Shown in pieces: positions 20,139 to 29,386 of a stretch of DNA of 64,000 bases. The notes beneath the pieces were generated by a model, which was not told the DNA's origin, searched no databases, and worked only from the letters and a program-made list of their open reading frames with translations. The first letter of the stretch is position 1. Each line of letters opens with the position of its first letter. A program made the translations under genes and the position numbers. The stretch is from an uncultured delta proteobacterium (lineage in GTDB: Bacteria > Myxococcota_A > Polyangia > Polyangiales > Polyangiaceae): the NCBI GenBank assembly GCA_963806225.1, contig CAWDXG010000001.1:320001-384000 (forward strand). Reading direction: 5' to 3'.

Positions 20139-20194
20139 CCCCCGTCGATTAGCCTTCCGGCCACGCCGTGGCAAGTCGCTGGTAGACTGGAGAC

Positions 20195-21562
20195 ATGGTG
20201 CGGTTCGCGGGGCTCTCGGCGTGGGCGGCGTGCCTGCTGCTTGCTGGCGCAGCGGCGGCGGCGCCGAAGCACGATATCTGCGCCGACCTGGGGCCTACCC
20301 TGGGCGTCGGGGTCTCGAGCTTCTCGGCGGCGGGAAACTGGCCCGAGACCGCGTCGCAGCAGTACGGCGTGAGCTGGAAGTTCCTGTACCTGTACGTCGT
20401 CCCCACGAGCGACCCGAAAGCCGACGTGCAGTCCTTCCTGCTGGGGAAGGCGGCCGACGCACAGGCCCTCGGCGCGATCCCGGTCTACACGTTCTACGAG
20501 CTTCTGCAGCTCGGACAGGACAGTGGTCTATCCGGTACCGAGCCGGACGTGGTCAAGAGCGTGCTCGGCGATCCCGCGTTGATGAAGCAGTACTTCGACA
20601 ATTTCGTGTTCCTGCTGCAGACGGCCGCGAAGGCGCCCGTTCCGGTGATCGTGCAGGTCGAGCCCGATTCGTGGGGGTTCATGATGTGGGCGATGGGGGT
20701 CGATGGCAACGCCGACGCCACGTCGGTGCCGGTCTCCGTAGCGAGCTCGGGGCAGGCGGACGTGGCGGGATTTCCCGACAACGCTTCCGGCTTCGGAAAG
20801 GCGCTCCTGGCGCTGCGTGACAAGTACGCCCCTGCGGTGCGCATGGGCTGGCATGCCTCGAACTTCCGCGTGGGACAGCATCCGGAGGTGGTGACAGGTT
20901 TCTATTCCACGCTTGGAGAGTGGGACGTGATCTTCACCGAGCAGCCCCACCTCGAGGCGGACCCATCGACCTGGTGGCTGCCGTGGGATGTGGCGCTCGT
21001 GGACACGAACGCGAAGTGGTTTTCGGCCGTGAGCGCCGCGGCGCACGTGCCGATCCTGCTCTGGCAGGCGCAGATAGGGACGACCGACTACCATTTCTTC
21101 GACAGCCAGCCGGACGTGCTGAAGCGGTTTGTCGCAGCCGGGCTGGGCGGCGTGCTGTTCGATCTCAGGGGAAGCGGCAATCCGGACGATTTCCGCGCCT
21201 ACGAGAGCTCCGCGCTGGCCACGGTTCCGCCTGCCTCGTCGAAGGCCGGCGGTACTGCCGCCGACATGCGCGCGCGACTTGCCGACTACTCGAAGAGCCC
21301 GCTGGTCTGGCCGCCGGGCTCACCGTGCGCGGGTCCGGGTGCGGGCGGAACCGGCGGTTCGGGCGCGACCGGTTCGGGCGGCAGTGCGGCGGGAGGTTCG
21401 GCTGCAGGCGGCAGCGCCGGCTCGAACACCGCGGCCAGCAGCGACACCGGGGGTTGCGGGTGTCGTGCAGCGGGCGACTCCCGTTCTTCGCCGTGGTGGT
21501 TGCCCGTCGCGCTGCTCGCGATGGTGGCCGTCTGCCGCCGCTCGCCGCTCCCCATCGCGTGA
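20195..21562 (+). CDS. Exported putative glycoside-hydrolase-like protein with MYXO-CTERM sorting motif
   Basis: Signal peptide, VEPDSWG motif, Gly-rich linker and C-terminal GGCGC...WWLPVALLAMVAVCRR. Confidence 0.75.
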   Translation: MVRFAGLSAWAACLLLAGAAAAAPKHDICADLGPTLGVGVSSFSAAGNWPETASQQYGVSWKFLYLYVVPTSDPKADVQSFLLGKAADAQALGAIPVYTFYELLQLGQDSGLSGTEPDVVKSVLGDPALMKQYFDNFVFLLQTAAKAPVPVIVQVEPDSWGFMMWAMGVDGNADATSVPVSVASSGQADVAGFPDNASGFGKALLALRDKYAPAVRMGWHASNFRVGQHPEVVTGFYSTLGEWDVIFTEQPHLEADPSTWWLPWDVALVDTNAKWFSAVSAAAHVPILLWQAQIGTTDYHFFDSQPDVLKRFVAAGLGGVLFDLRGSGNPDDFRAYESSALATVPPASSKAGGTAADMRARLADYSKSPLVWPPGSPCAGPGAGGTGGSGATGSGGSAAGGSAAGGSAGSNTAASSDTGGCGCRAAGDSRSSPWWLPVALLAMVAVCRRSPLPIA

Positions 21563-21604
21563 GGCCGGTTGCCGTGGATCGGCCCCCGCGCTAGAGCGCC
21601 CGCG

Positions 21605-22234
21605 GTGGAACGTCGTCGCGCCATCGTCTACGTCGCCGGCGGGGCCGCGGCGCTGCCGGTCCTGTGGTTCGCGTGGTCGTGGATCACGTATCCGAGCGAC
21701 CGCACGCCCAAGGGGGCGTATCTCCGGGTGATGAGCGCCGTGAACCGCGGTCGGCCCGAAGCGTTCTTCGCCTACATCGAAACTGCGGCGCAGCACGCCT
21801 GCTTCACCATCCGGAACTACCGGAAGAAGGCGCGCGAGCGCGTGCTGCTCTCCTATCCGGAACCGGAGCGCACGCGTCTGGCCGGCGAGTACAAGGCCGA
21901 GGCCGAGGCCGCAGACGGCGCGGCGATCTTCGCGCTTCAGGCGCGCCGGCGCGGCTGGCTCGGGCGACTCAGACGGGACATGTCGGGCGTGAAGAAGGTC
22001 GAGATCAACGGACAGCGGGCTACGGTCGAGACCGTGCGCGGGACGCGCTATCCCTTCCGCCGGCGCGACAACGGCATCTGGGGTCTGACGCTGTTCACCG
22101 CGACGCTGGTTTCCGAAGCGGAGAAGGCGGCGCGCGACTACCGCATGGTCGAGAAGGCCGCCGACGACTACGACCGGGTCAAGGCGGCTCGGCAGGCGTC
22201 GCCAGCAGATCCGCGGCGTCGCGACGCACAATAG
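21605..22234 (+). CDS. Hypothetical protein with N-terminal membrane anchor
   Basis: GTG at 21605, hydrophobic N-terminus and good codon bias. The 3' end overlaps the convergent gene. Confidence 0.75.
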   Translation: MERRRAIVYVAGGAAALPVLWFAWSWITYPSDRTPKGAYLRVMSAVNRGRPEAFFAYIETAAQHACFTIRNYRKKARERVLLSYPEPERTRLAGEYKAEAEAADGAAIFALQARRRGWLGRLRRDMSGVKKVEINGQRATVETVRGTRYPFRRRDNGIWGLTLFTATLVSEAEKAARDYRMVEKAADDYDRVKAARQASPADPRRRDAQ

Positions 22235-24467
22235 CCAGGAGCATCACGCCGATCGTGGCCATGAGCAGCACGCTGCCCAGGTAGAAGTGCAGCCTCAGGT
22301 CGTTGTGCACCAGCGTCGTGAAGTACTCCGCTGCGCACATCAGGAGCAGGCTCATCCACACCCACGCGTCGGTAGCGTCGAGCGGGCGCTCGGCGGGCGC
22401 CTCGCCGTCCCGGAGGAGCGTGCGGTCGACTACAACCAGCGGCAGCAGGCAGATCAGGTGCTCGTAGTAGTTGGCCGCGTACATCAGGATGGGGAGCAGC
22501 AGAAGCCCGAGCATGGCGGCCTGCTCGCGCCGCTTGTTGCGACACGCGACGGCAAGCAGGCCGACGTAGGCGAGCACTGCAGCCGCCACCAGCGGTGCGC
22601 GTAGCCGCAGGAATTCGCGGGCGTTTCCCGTGGAGCCGACCAGGACGGTGCGGAGACCCACCGGGTTCACGTGCGACTCGGCGTTGATCTGCGCGATCTT
22701 GTCGAACCACGCACTCCAGCTGCCGGGCCCCAGGAAAATCAACGTCAGCCCGACCAGCACGAGCAGCGTTCCGATCGCGGCAAAGCCGATCGTGAACGTC
22801 GGCTTCTGGGCGGCGTAGATCTCGCGCAGTCGCGGCAAGCGGCGTTCGGCCCGCCAGCGCTCACCGATCCACCACAGCGCCGGAACGGTCGCGCCGATGA
22901 CGGCGAATGCGGGAAACGCGCGGATCGACGTCGCAAGTCCGAACAGCACGCCTCCGGCAAGCCAGCGCTTTCGTTTCAGCGCACAGGCGCCGAGCCCCAG
23001 GTAGACGAGCCAGTCGTGGCGCAGGATCGCACCGGCCCAGTTGCTGCCGTACATGACGAAATCGGTCGTGCCGAACACGATCACGCACACCAGCATCGTG
23101 CGCCAGCCGAAGACCCGCCAGACGGCGGCGAACATCAGCAACAAGAGCAGCGGGTCGAGCAGTGCCATGCCGAGCAACGCGGAATGGCTCGCGGGGAACG
23201 CGTTGAACAGGACATACGCAACGGAGATCCACACTGGCGTGGCGTTGCCGCCCAGGTCCACCATGAAGTGGAGCCAGCGCTGGTCGCCCATCACGGCGCG
23301 GAAGTAGCGTTCGTCGTGCCTGTACTCGGTCCAGCGCTCCGGTGAAAACTTGCTCTTTGCGGCCTGGATTTCGCCGCGCATGGCCCCGACCGTGCTCATG
23401 CGGCCCGTGCGCAGATTGCGCATGGGCTGCTGGGCGAGCTTTTCGAGCGGGATGCCCGAGTCCTCGGAGTAGGCGGCCACATCCGCGTCGAAGAGGTTGA
23501 AGTAGCCGACTTCGGGGTAGTACTTCGCCGTGGCGTAGTACTGGCGGAGATCCAGCACGTGGACGAAGCTCCAGGCGTGGAGCTGGTTGTTCCAGAACTG
23601 CGGACGACCGAGATTGTAGAACGCCAGGATGCTGCCCAGTGCGCACACGACGAGCGTTCCGGCGACGACGCGCCGGTTGGGCGCGAGGCGCTTCGGCGCG
23701 AACACTTCCCAGGCGACGACCAGGGCTGCCACTGCCGCGATCGTGCCGCGGACCAGTGAAACGCTGCGCGGCTCGGCGGGCCACGTGTGGAAAAGCACGT
23801 GCACGAGATTGAAGCCCGCTGTCAGCGGCAGGATCGAGTAGAGCGCGATCCAGCGCGGGTTGGCGCGGCGGATCGACAAGAGGACGAACAGCATCAGCGC
23901 GAGCCCGAACAGGATGATGTCCGTGCGCACGAGCACGTGGGCCGAGTAGCTCCGGGGGACGTCCGGCGGGAAGCTGGCGGGAACTTCCGGAAACACCTGC
24001 AGCTCGGACACCGAGTAGTGGCCATCACCGCCCGCAGCCGTGAGCCGCAGATAGCGCCCGCTGCCGTGGAGATTCTCGCTCCAGCGCGCCCGGTTCCCGC
24101 CGCTCTGCACGGGCTCGGCGGTCCACAACGGCCGGTACGTCCGGCCGTCGTCGGAGACGGACAAGGTGTAGCTGTCGTTGCCGTCGCCCTGGAGCCAGGC
24201 CGCGCGGAGCTGGCGCACAGCGCCGAGGTCGTACACGACCTGTGCTCCCTTTTCTCCGAGCACGGCCGTACGAACCGTGTCCCAGCTCGCGCCCTCCGGC
24301 GTCGCGCTGCCGTCGGTGAGCGTGTGTGCTCGCTCGACGTGACGCGCCTCGGTCGGCTGCTTTCCGGCGAGCAGACTGATCGCGTGCGGGCGCCCGCACG
24401 CCGTGAGCACGCAGGCGAGCGCTGCGAGTACGACGAACGCGAGCGCGAACCTGTGCCGCGTCGGCAT
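22179..24467 (-). CDS. Discoidin (F5/8 type C)-like domain fused to a multi-pass GT-C-like membrane domain
   Basis: Lipobox-like LTAC; VVYDLG...YTLSVSDDG...RYLRL...SELQV; about ten TM helices after it. Confidence 0.75.
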   Translation of the reverse strand: MPTRHRFALAFVVLAALACVLTACGRPHAISLLAGKQPTEARHVERAHTLTDGSATPEGASWDTVRTAVLGEKGAQVVYDLGAVRQLRAAWLQGDGNDSYTLSVSDDGRTYRPLWTAEPVQSGGNRARWSENLHGSGRYLRLTAAGGDGHYSVSELQVFPEVPASFPPDVPRSYSAHVLVRTDIILFGLALMLFVLLSIRRANPRWIALYSILPLTAGFNLVHVLFHTWPAEPRSVSLVRGTIAAVAALVVAWEVFAPKRLAPNRRVVAGTLVVCALGSILAFYNLGRPQFWNNQLHAWSFVHVLDLRQYYATAKYYPEVGYFNLFDADVAAYSEDSGIPLEKLAQQPMRNLRTGRMSTVGAMRGEIQAAKSKFSPERWTEYRHDERYFRAVMGDQRWLHFMVDLGGNATPVWISVAYVLFNAFPASHSALLGMALLDPLLLLLMFAAVWRVFGWRTMLVCVIVFGTTDFVMYGSNWAGAILRHDWLVYLGLGACALKRKRWLAGGVLFGLATSIRAFPAFAVIGATVPALWWIGERWRAERRLPRLREIYAAQKPTFTIGFAAIGTLLVLVGLTLIFLGPGSWSAWFDKIAQINAESHVNPVGLRTVLVGSTGNAREFLRLRAPLVAAAVLAYVGLLAVACRNKRREQAAMLGLLLLPILMYAANYYEHLICLLPLVVVDRTLLRDGEAPAERPLDATDAWVWMSLLLMCAAEYFTTLVHNDLRLHFYLGSVLLMATIGVMLLAIVRRDAADLLATPAEPP

Positions 24468-24533
24468 GCCCGAGCATAGCCCAATGTTTGCGGACGTTGC
24501 GGTCGTTCCGTGGTTGCTGCGCGCGGGACCGCT

Positions 24534-24968
24534 TCAGCCCGGCTTCCGCGATTTCGCGTCACTGTAGGCCCGACCGGGCGGCTTGCCCGTTTCCACGGGC
24601 AGCTCCTTCCGGCTCCAGCCTGGAACGACGCGCCCGAAGGGATCGCGCGAGCCCTCCCAGCCCGCGGTCAGATCGGCGAGATCGGCATACCCTGCCGCGG
24701 CCATCAGCTCCGTGGCACGGCGGGAGCGGCCGCCGGAGCGACAGCCGACGATGAGCTTCTCCTCCTTGCCGAAGGCGCTCTCGACAACCTGCATGAACTC
24801 GCCGTTCGGGGTCATCCCCGCGGGGCCGAGATGCATCAACGGCACATTGAACGCCCCGGGAGGATGCCCCTGCTCGAACTCGGGTTCGCTGCGTACGTCC
24901 ACGTACACGTAGCCCGCCTCGAGCAGCTCGGCGGCTTCTTCGGGTGTCACCTTCCTGATGCCGGACAT
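24534..24968 (-). CDS. Rhodanese-like domain protein
   Basis: DVRSEPEFEQGHPPGA and active-site loop CRSGGRS. Confidence 0.92.
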   Translation of the reverse strand: MSGIRKVTPEEAAELLEAGYVYVDVRSEPEFEQGHPPGAFNVPLMHLGPAGMTPNGEFMQVVESAFGKEEKLIVGCRSGGRSRRATELMAAAGYADLADLTAGWEGSRDPFGRVVPGWSRKELPVETGKPPGRAYSDAKSRKPG

Positions 24969-25009
24969 CGTGACCGGGAACGTAGTTCGCGTCGGTCGGC
25001 TCCGCCAGC

Positions 25010-25963
25010 CTACTGCGGCGGCTTGATCGGAGCGGCCGTGGTGACGCCCGCACCCCAGAAGGCCAGGCCAGCTGGGATGTTCTGCAGCGGGATGGCCGTG
25101 CCCGAGCCGGTCGTGAGGTCGATCTGCGCGAGCTGGCCGGTGGCGCTGAAGCCGTACGCCACGCCCGCCCAGTAGCCGAGGCCCCAGAGCTTCGTGAAGC
25201 CAGTGTCGCCGATGAGCTTGAGGATCTTCCCGGTTTTCGGGTCGACCTCCACGATGGAATCGGTACCGGTGGTGGCGCCGTACGGCTTCACGGTGAGGTA
25301 GGTCTTGTCGCCGATGATGGAGACGATATCGCCGCTCGATTCCCAGTTCTGCCCGGTCGAGTTGGGGTTCAGGTTACCGATCGTGGTGAGCGACGCGTCC
25401 TGCGTGCTGATCTGCACGTAGGCGTCCCTGTTGTAGCCGACCAGCGCCTCGCTGTTCGGCAGCAGCGTGCCGGCGGGCAGGTACGTCAGCGAATTGGGAT
25501 AGCTGCCGGCCTTGAACACCGTGCAGTGCGCGGTGGTCTTGTCGATGGTGACCATGGCCCCGGCGCCTAGGCCGTTGTTCATGCTGCCGACCATGTGGCC
25601 ATCCTTGTCGATGGCGATGTCCCACATGCCGCCTCCGAGCGCGGCAGCATTGCCCAGGCAGTCGAAGGTGCCGACGATACTCACCGTCTTCGAATACGGT
25701 TCCAGCTTGTACAGCGTCGTGTTGCTGTGACCGTAGACCTCGCCTACCGGCGCACCCGCGCCCGCCCCGCCGTTGTTCACGTCCAGCGTGGAGCCGTCGA
25801 GCGGCGGCTGCCCGCCGCTGCCGGCGCTGGCGCCGCCTGTGCCTGTGCCCGCCGTGCCTCCCGAGCCACCGCTGGCTCCCGGTCGAGGGCTCTGGCTGGT
25901 TGCCGAGCACGCGGCGAAGAGCGCCGCGAGGCACGCCCCGCCAAGCCATGCAAGCTGTTTCAT
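25010..25963 (-). CDS. Lipoprotein, probable beta-propeller
   Basis: Lipobox FAAC, Gly-rich linker, repeated beta-blades and C-terminal FWGAGVTT. Confidence 0.8.
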   Translation of the reverse strand: MKQLAWLGGACLAALFAACSATSQSPRPGASGGSGGTAGTGTGGASAGSGGQPPLDGSTLDVNNGGAGAGAPVGEVYGHSNTTLYKLEPYSKTVSIVGTFDCLGNAAALGGGMWDIAIDKDGHMVGSMNNGLGAGAMVTIDKTTAHCTVFKAGSYPNSLTYLPAGTLLPNSEALVGYNRDAYVQISTQDASLTTIGNLNPNSTGQNWESSGDIVSIIGDKTYLTVKPYGATTGTDSIVEVDPKTGKILKLIGDTGFTKLWGLGYWAGVAYGFSATGQLAQIDLTTGSGTAIPLQNIPAGLAFWGAGVTTAAPIKPPQ

Positions 25964-26024
25964 CGCTCCAGTCTACCACCAGCGGCAGAGTGCAGTCCCC
26001 CTTGGACGGGTATACATTCGGGCG

Positions 26025-26591
26025 ATGCCGAAAGCGAAGCGCTCGCTGGGCCCGTGGGGCCCCGGTTGGCTCAGGGCGATCGCTTTCGCTCTCGGCGTGC
26101 TCTACCCGTCGCTGATCCTGCTCGACGAGTTGGCGCCGCGCACGGTCGACCAGATCGTCCCGCGGCCGCTGCTCTACTTCGCCCAGGTGGCCGCGCTGTT
26201 CCCGCGCGCGTCGACCTACACCATCGAGTTCCGCGCCCAGGGCTGGTCGTGCAAGGACCACCGGTTCCGCGAAATCGACGTGCGGCCGTACTTTCCGATC
26301 CACAGAAACGACAAGGAAAACCAGTTCACCCGCGCGCTCTATTTCTACCTGAGGAACCGCCTGGTGATGCGCGCGCTCGACAGCTACGTGACCTCGCGCT
26401 TCAACCGCGATCACTCCGCGCGGATAGGAGGCGTGCGCTTCCTCAGCCTGCGCGAGCCGATTCCGGCGCCTGGCAAGGCATTCCCCCGCTTCGTGCGCCG
26501 GCCGCTGGCCGGGATGCCCGACAACGAGCGGCACTATTGGTACTGGACGCCGGCTTCGATGCGGCGCGATCGCTGCGCAGAGGGCGAGTGA
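26025..26591 (+). CDS. Hypothetical single-pass membrane protein co-transcribed with the HTTM gene
   Basis: ATG at 26025, one TM segment, stop overlapping the next GTG (GTGA). Confidence 0.75.
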   Translation: MPKAKRSLGPWGPGWLRAIAFALGVLYPSLILLDELAPRTVDQIVPRPLLYFAQVAALFPRASTYTIEFRAQGWSCKDHRFREIDVRPYFPIHRNDKENQFTRALYFYLRNRLVMRALDSYVTSRFNRDHSARIGGVRFLSLREPIPAPGKAFPRFVRRPLAGMPDNERHYWYWTPASMRRDRCAEGE

Positions 26592-27526
26592 GCAGAACCC
26601 CGACGCCGCCCGCGGGGCCCGCCGCCCGCATCGCAAGCTGGTTGTTCGCGCCGCAGCCGGTGGAACGGCTCGAGCTCTTGCGCATCCTGCTGCCGCTCGC
26701 CGTCCTCGGCTTCCTCTCCACGCGGATCGCGCACGCCGATCACTGGCTCTCGCTCGGCGGCTTCCAGGTGCCTGACCTGGGTCACCCTGACTACCGCCAG
26801 CCGATGTACCTCTCGCCGCTCGACCCGTGGCAGGCGTGGACCGTCGGCGCGCTCATCGTCGCTTCCGCGATCGCCACCTCGCTCGGCGCGTTCACCCGTG
26901 TCTCGAGCGGCGTGCTGGCGTTCCTTCTCGCCTACGTCGCGCTCGCCGACCGCATCGAAGCGTTCACCGTCAACAAGCTCGGTACCGCGCTCGTGATCGC
27001 GCTGTTCCTGTCGCCCGCCGGCGCGCGCTACAGCATCGACGCCTGGCGTGCCCATCGCGCGCAGCAACGGCTTTCGTCAAAGCGCCGGCGACCAGCGCCG
27101 GCGGTGGTCGCCGGCGGGAGCGTGCGCTTCTTCCAGATCGTGATCGTCGTGATGTACGCGGCCAGCGGCATCGCCAAGATGCACGGCGATTGGCTTTCCG
27201 ACCCGCTCGTCATCTGGAGCCACATGCACGACTCCTACCAGAGCGGGTTCGCCTACTTCCTTGCGCGCCACGTGCCCGCCATCGGCTGGACCAGCATGCA
27301 GGGCGCGACGCTGGCGTACGAGCTCCTGGCGCCGCTGTGGTACGGCTGGGCGCGTACGCGGCGCTACGCCCTGTACTTCGGGCTCGGGATGCACGCGACG
27401 ATCGCGGTCTTGTTCCCGCCCGTGATGTGGTTTTCGCTGCTGATGATGTCTGTGCTCTTTGCCGGCTACGCGCCGCTGCACTGGCTGACCTCGTCCGCAC
27501 CGCTCGGCGAGCCCGCCGCGGCCTGA
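26588..27526 (+). CDS. HTTM-domain (VKGC/SdpB-like) membrane protein
   Basis: ERLELLRI, SPAGARYSIDAW, QIVIVVMYAASGIAKMHGDWLS and GLGMHATI. Confidence 0.85.
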   Translation: MSRTPTPPAGPAARIASWLFAPQPVERLELLRILLPLAVLGFLSTRIAHADHWLSLGGFQVPDLGHPDYRQPMYLSPLDPWQAWTVGALIVASAIATSLGAFTRVSSGVLAFLLAYVALADRIEAFTVNKLGTALVIALFLSPAGARYSIDAWRAHRAQQRLSSKRRRPAPAVVAGGSVRFFQIVIVVMYAASGIAKMHGDWLSDPLVIWSHMHDSYQSGFAYFLARHVPAIGWTSMQGATLAYELLAPLWYGWARTRRYALYFGLGMHATIAVLFPPVMWFSLLMMSVLFAGYAPLHWLTSSAPLGEPAAA

Positions 27527-27656
27527 GCCGGCGCTCGACGGCGCCAGGCGCCCCCGGGTCGGGCGCCCTGGTACGGGCGCGCGACAATCGGGCAAACCTG
27601 CAGGATTTCGCGGGGGTGTGGCCGAAACGCCGGCGGTTGTCTAGTCTGTTGGACCG

Positions 27657-29318
27657 GTGCCCCCGCTCCCCGGCCCAGAAACTGTGCGCCTCGTCCCGCT
27701 CGGCGGGCTGGGCGAGATCGGCATGAACTGCTTCGCACTGGAGCAGGCCGACGGCATCCTGGTGGTCGACTGCGGCATGGCCTTCCCGCATGTGGATCTC
27801 GGCATCGACGTGATCCATCCGGACTTCAGTTGGCTTTTGGCACGGGCGGAACGAGTGCGGGGAGTGTTCCTCACGCACGGTCACGAGGATCACATTGGCG
27901 GGTTGCCGTATCTGCTTCCCCAGCTCGACGTGCCGGTGTGGGGGCCACCGCACGCGCTTGGACTCGTGCGACGCCGCCTCGCGGAACACGATTTCCGGCC
28001 CGGCGACGTTCCCTTCCACGTGGCAGTCGCGGGGGAGCACTACCAGGTAGGCCCCTTCGAAGTCGAACCGGTGCGCGTCGCGCACTCGATCGTCGAAGCG
28101 AGCGCGCTGCGGATCTCCACCGCGGCCGGCACCATCGTGCACAGCGGCGACTTCAACTTCGATCCCGATCCGCCCGACGGCGAGCCCACGGATGAAGCGC
28201 GCCTGCGGGCCATCGGCGACGCGGGCGTCGATCTCCTGCTCAGCGACAGCACCAACATCGACGTGGCGGAGCGCACGGGCTCGGAAAAGGGCGTTGCGGC
28301 GGCGCTGGAAGAGCTGGTGCAGCAGGCGGAACACTGCGTGTTCGTCGTGATGTTCGCCAGCAACATCCAGCGGCTGATGATGCTGGGGGAAATTGCACAG
28401 CGGAGCGGTCGGAAGCTCTGCCTGCTCGGCCGCAGCCTGAACACGCAGGTCGAGGTTGCCACCGCCATCGGCCGCCTTGCCTGGCCGAGCGATCTGCGCG
28501 TGGCCCCCGAGCAGGCGCACAGCGTTCCGCGGGAACAGCTGCTGGTGCTCGCCGGGGGGTCGCAGGCCGAACCGCACTCGGCCATGGCCCGTCTCGCCCA
28601 CGGTGCCCACCAGCACATGTCCGTGGAAGCGGGCGACACCGTGGTGCTGTCGAGCCGCATCATTCCGGGCAACGACCGCGCCGTCTTCGACATGATGAGC
28701 AATCTGATGCGCCTGGGCGTCAGCGTGCACACCCGCATCTCCGATCCCGGCGTGCACACCAGCGGTCACGCAGGGCGCTCGGAGCAGCAGCGCATGCTCG
28801 AGCTAGTCCGCCCGCGCGCGTTCGTGCCGGTCCACGGCACATTTCATCACCTGACGCGCCACGCGGAGCTCGCCCGTTCGCTCGGCGTGAAGCAGGTGGC
28901 GGTGATCGAGAACGGCACCCCCGTGGTGCTTTCGGAAGGGCGGCTCCATGTGGAAGAAGCGGTGCCCCACGGTCCGGTCGCCGTCGCTCCGGGAGGTGTC
29001 CGGTTGACCGAAGAGGACCTGCGCCGCCGCGCCGAGCTGGCCCGGACGGGCGCCGTGAGCGTGGCGCTCGTGCTGGACGACGCGCTTTCCCTGGTCGCCG
29101 GGCCCAGCGTCCGCGCCCGCGGCGTGCCCGGAGTGGACGACGACCCGGCGGCGTTGGCGGCAATAGCGAGCGAGGTCGTCCGCACTCTGGACCGGGTGCG
29201 GGGCTGGCAGGGCCTGGATCTGGAAGACGAGCTCCGGCGCGCCGCCCGCCGCGCCGTCCACGACCTGACCGGCTTCCGCCCGGTCGTGGAAGTCCAGCTG
29301 CTGGAAGCGGTTTCCTGA
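27657..29318 (+). CDS. rnj: Ribonuclease J
   Basis: PLGGLGEIGMN, THGHEDHIG, SDSTN, FASN, IPGN, HTSGH and PVHG. Confidence 0.95.
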   Translation: MPPLPGPETVRLVPLGGLGEIGMNCFALEQADGILVVDCGMAFPHVDLGIDVIHPDFSWLLARAERVRGVFLTHGHEDHIGGLPYLLPQLDVPVWGPPHALGLVRRRLAEHDFRPGDVPFHVAVAGEHYQVGPFEVEPVRVAHSIVEASALRISTAAGTIVHSGDFNFDPDPPDGEPTDEARLRAIGDAGVDLLLSDSTNIDVAERTGSEKGVAAALEELVQQAEHCVFVVMFASNIQRLMMLGEIAQRSGRKLCLLGRSLNTQVEVATAIGRLAWPSDLRVAPEQAHSVPREQLLVLAGGSQAEPHSAMARLAHGAHQHMSVEAGDTVVLSSRIIPGNDRAVFDMMSNLMRLGVSVHTRISDPGVHTSGHAGRSEQQRMLELVRPRAFVPVHGTFHHLTRHAELARSLGVKQVAVIENGTPVVLSEGRLHVEEAVPHGPVAVAPGGVRLTEEDLRRRAELARTGAVSVALVLDDALSLVAGPSVRARGVPGVDDDPAALAAIASEVVRTLDRVRGWQGLDLEDELRRAARRAVHDLTGFRPVVEVQLLEAVS

Positions 29319-29386
29319 GGCCGGCTCCAGAACGGAAAACCCGTTCCACAGCAGCACGCTGGATGGCAGACTAGGAAACCGGCCCC

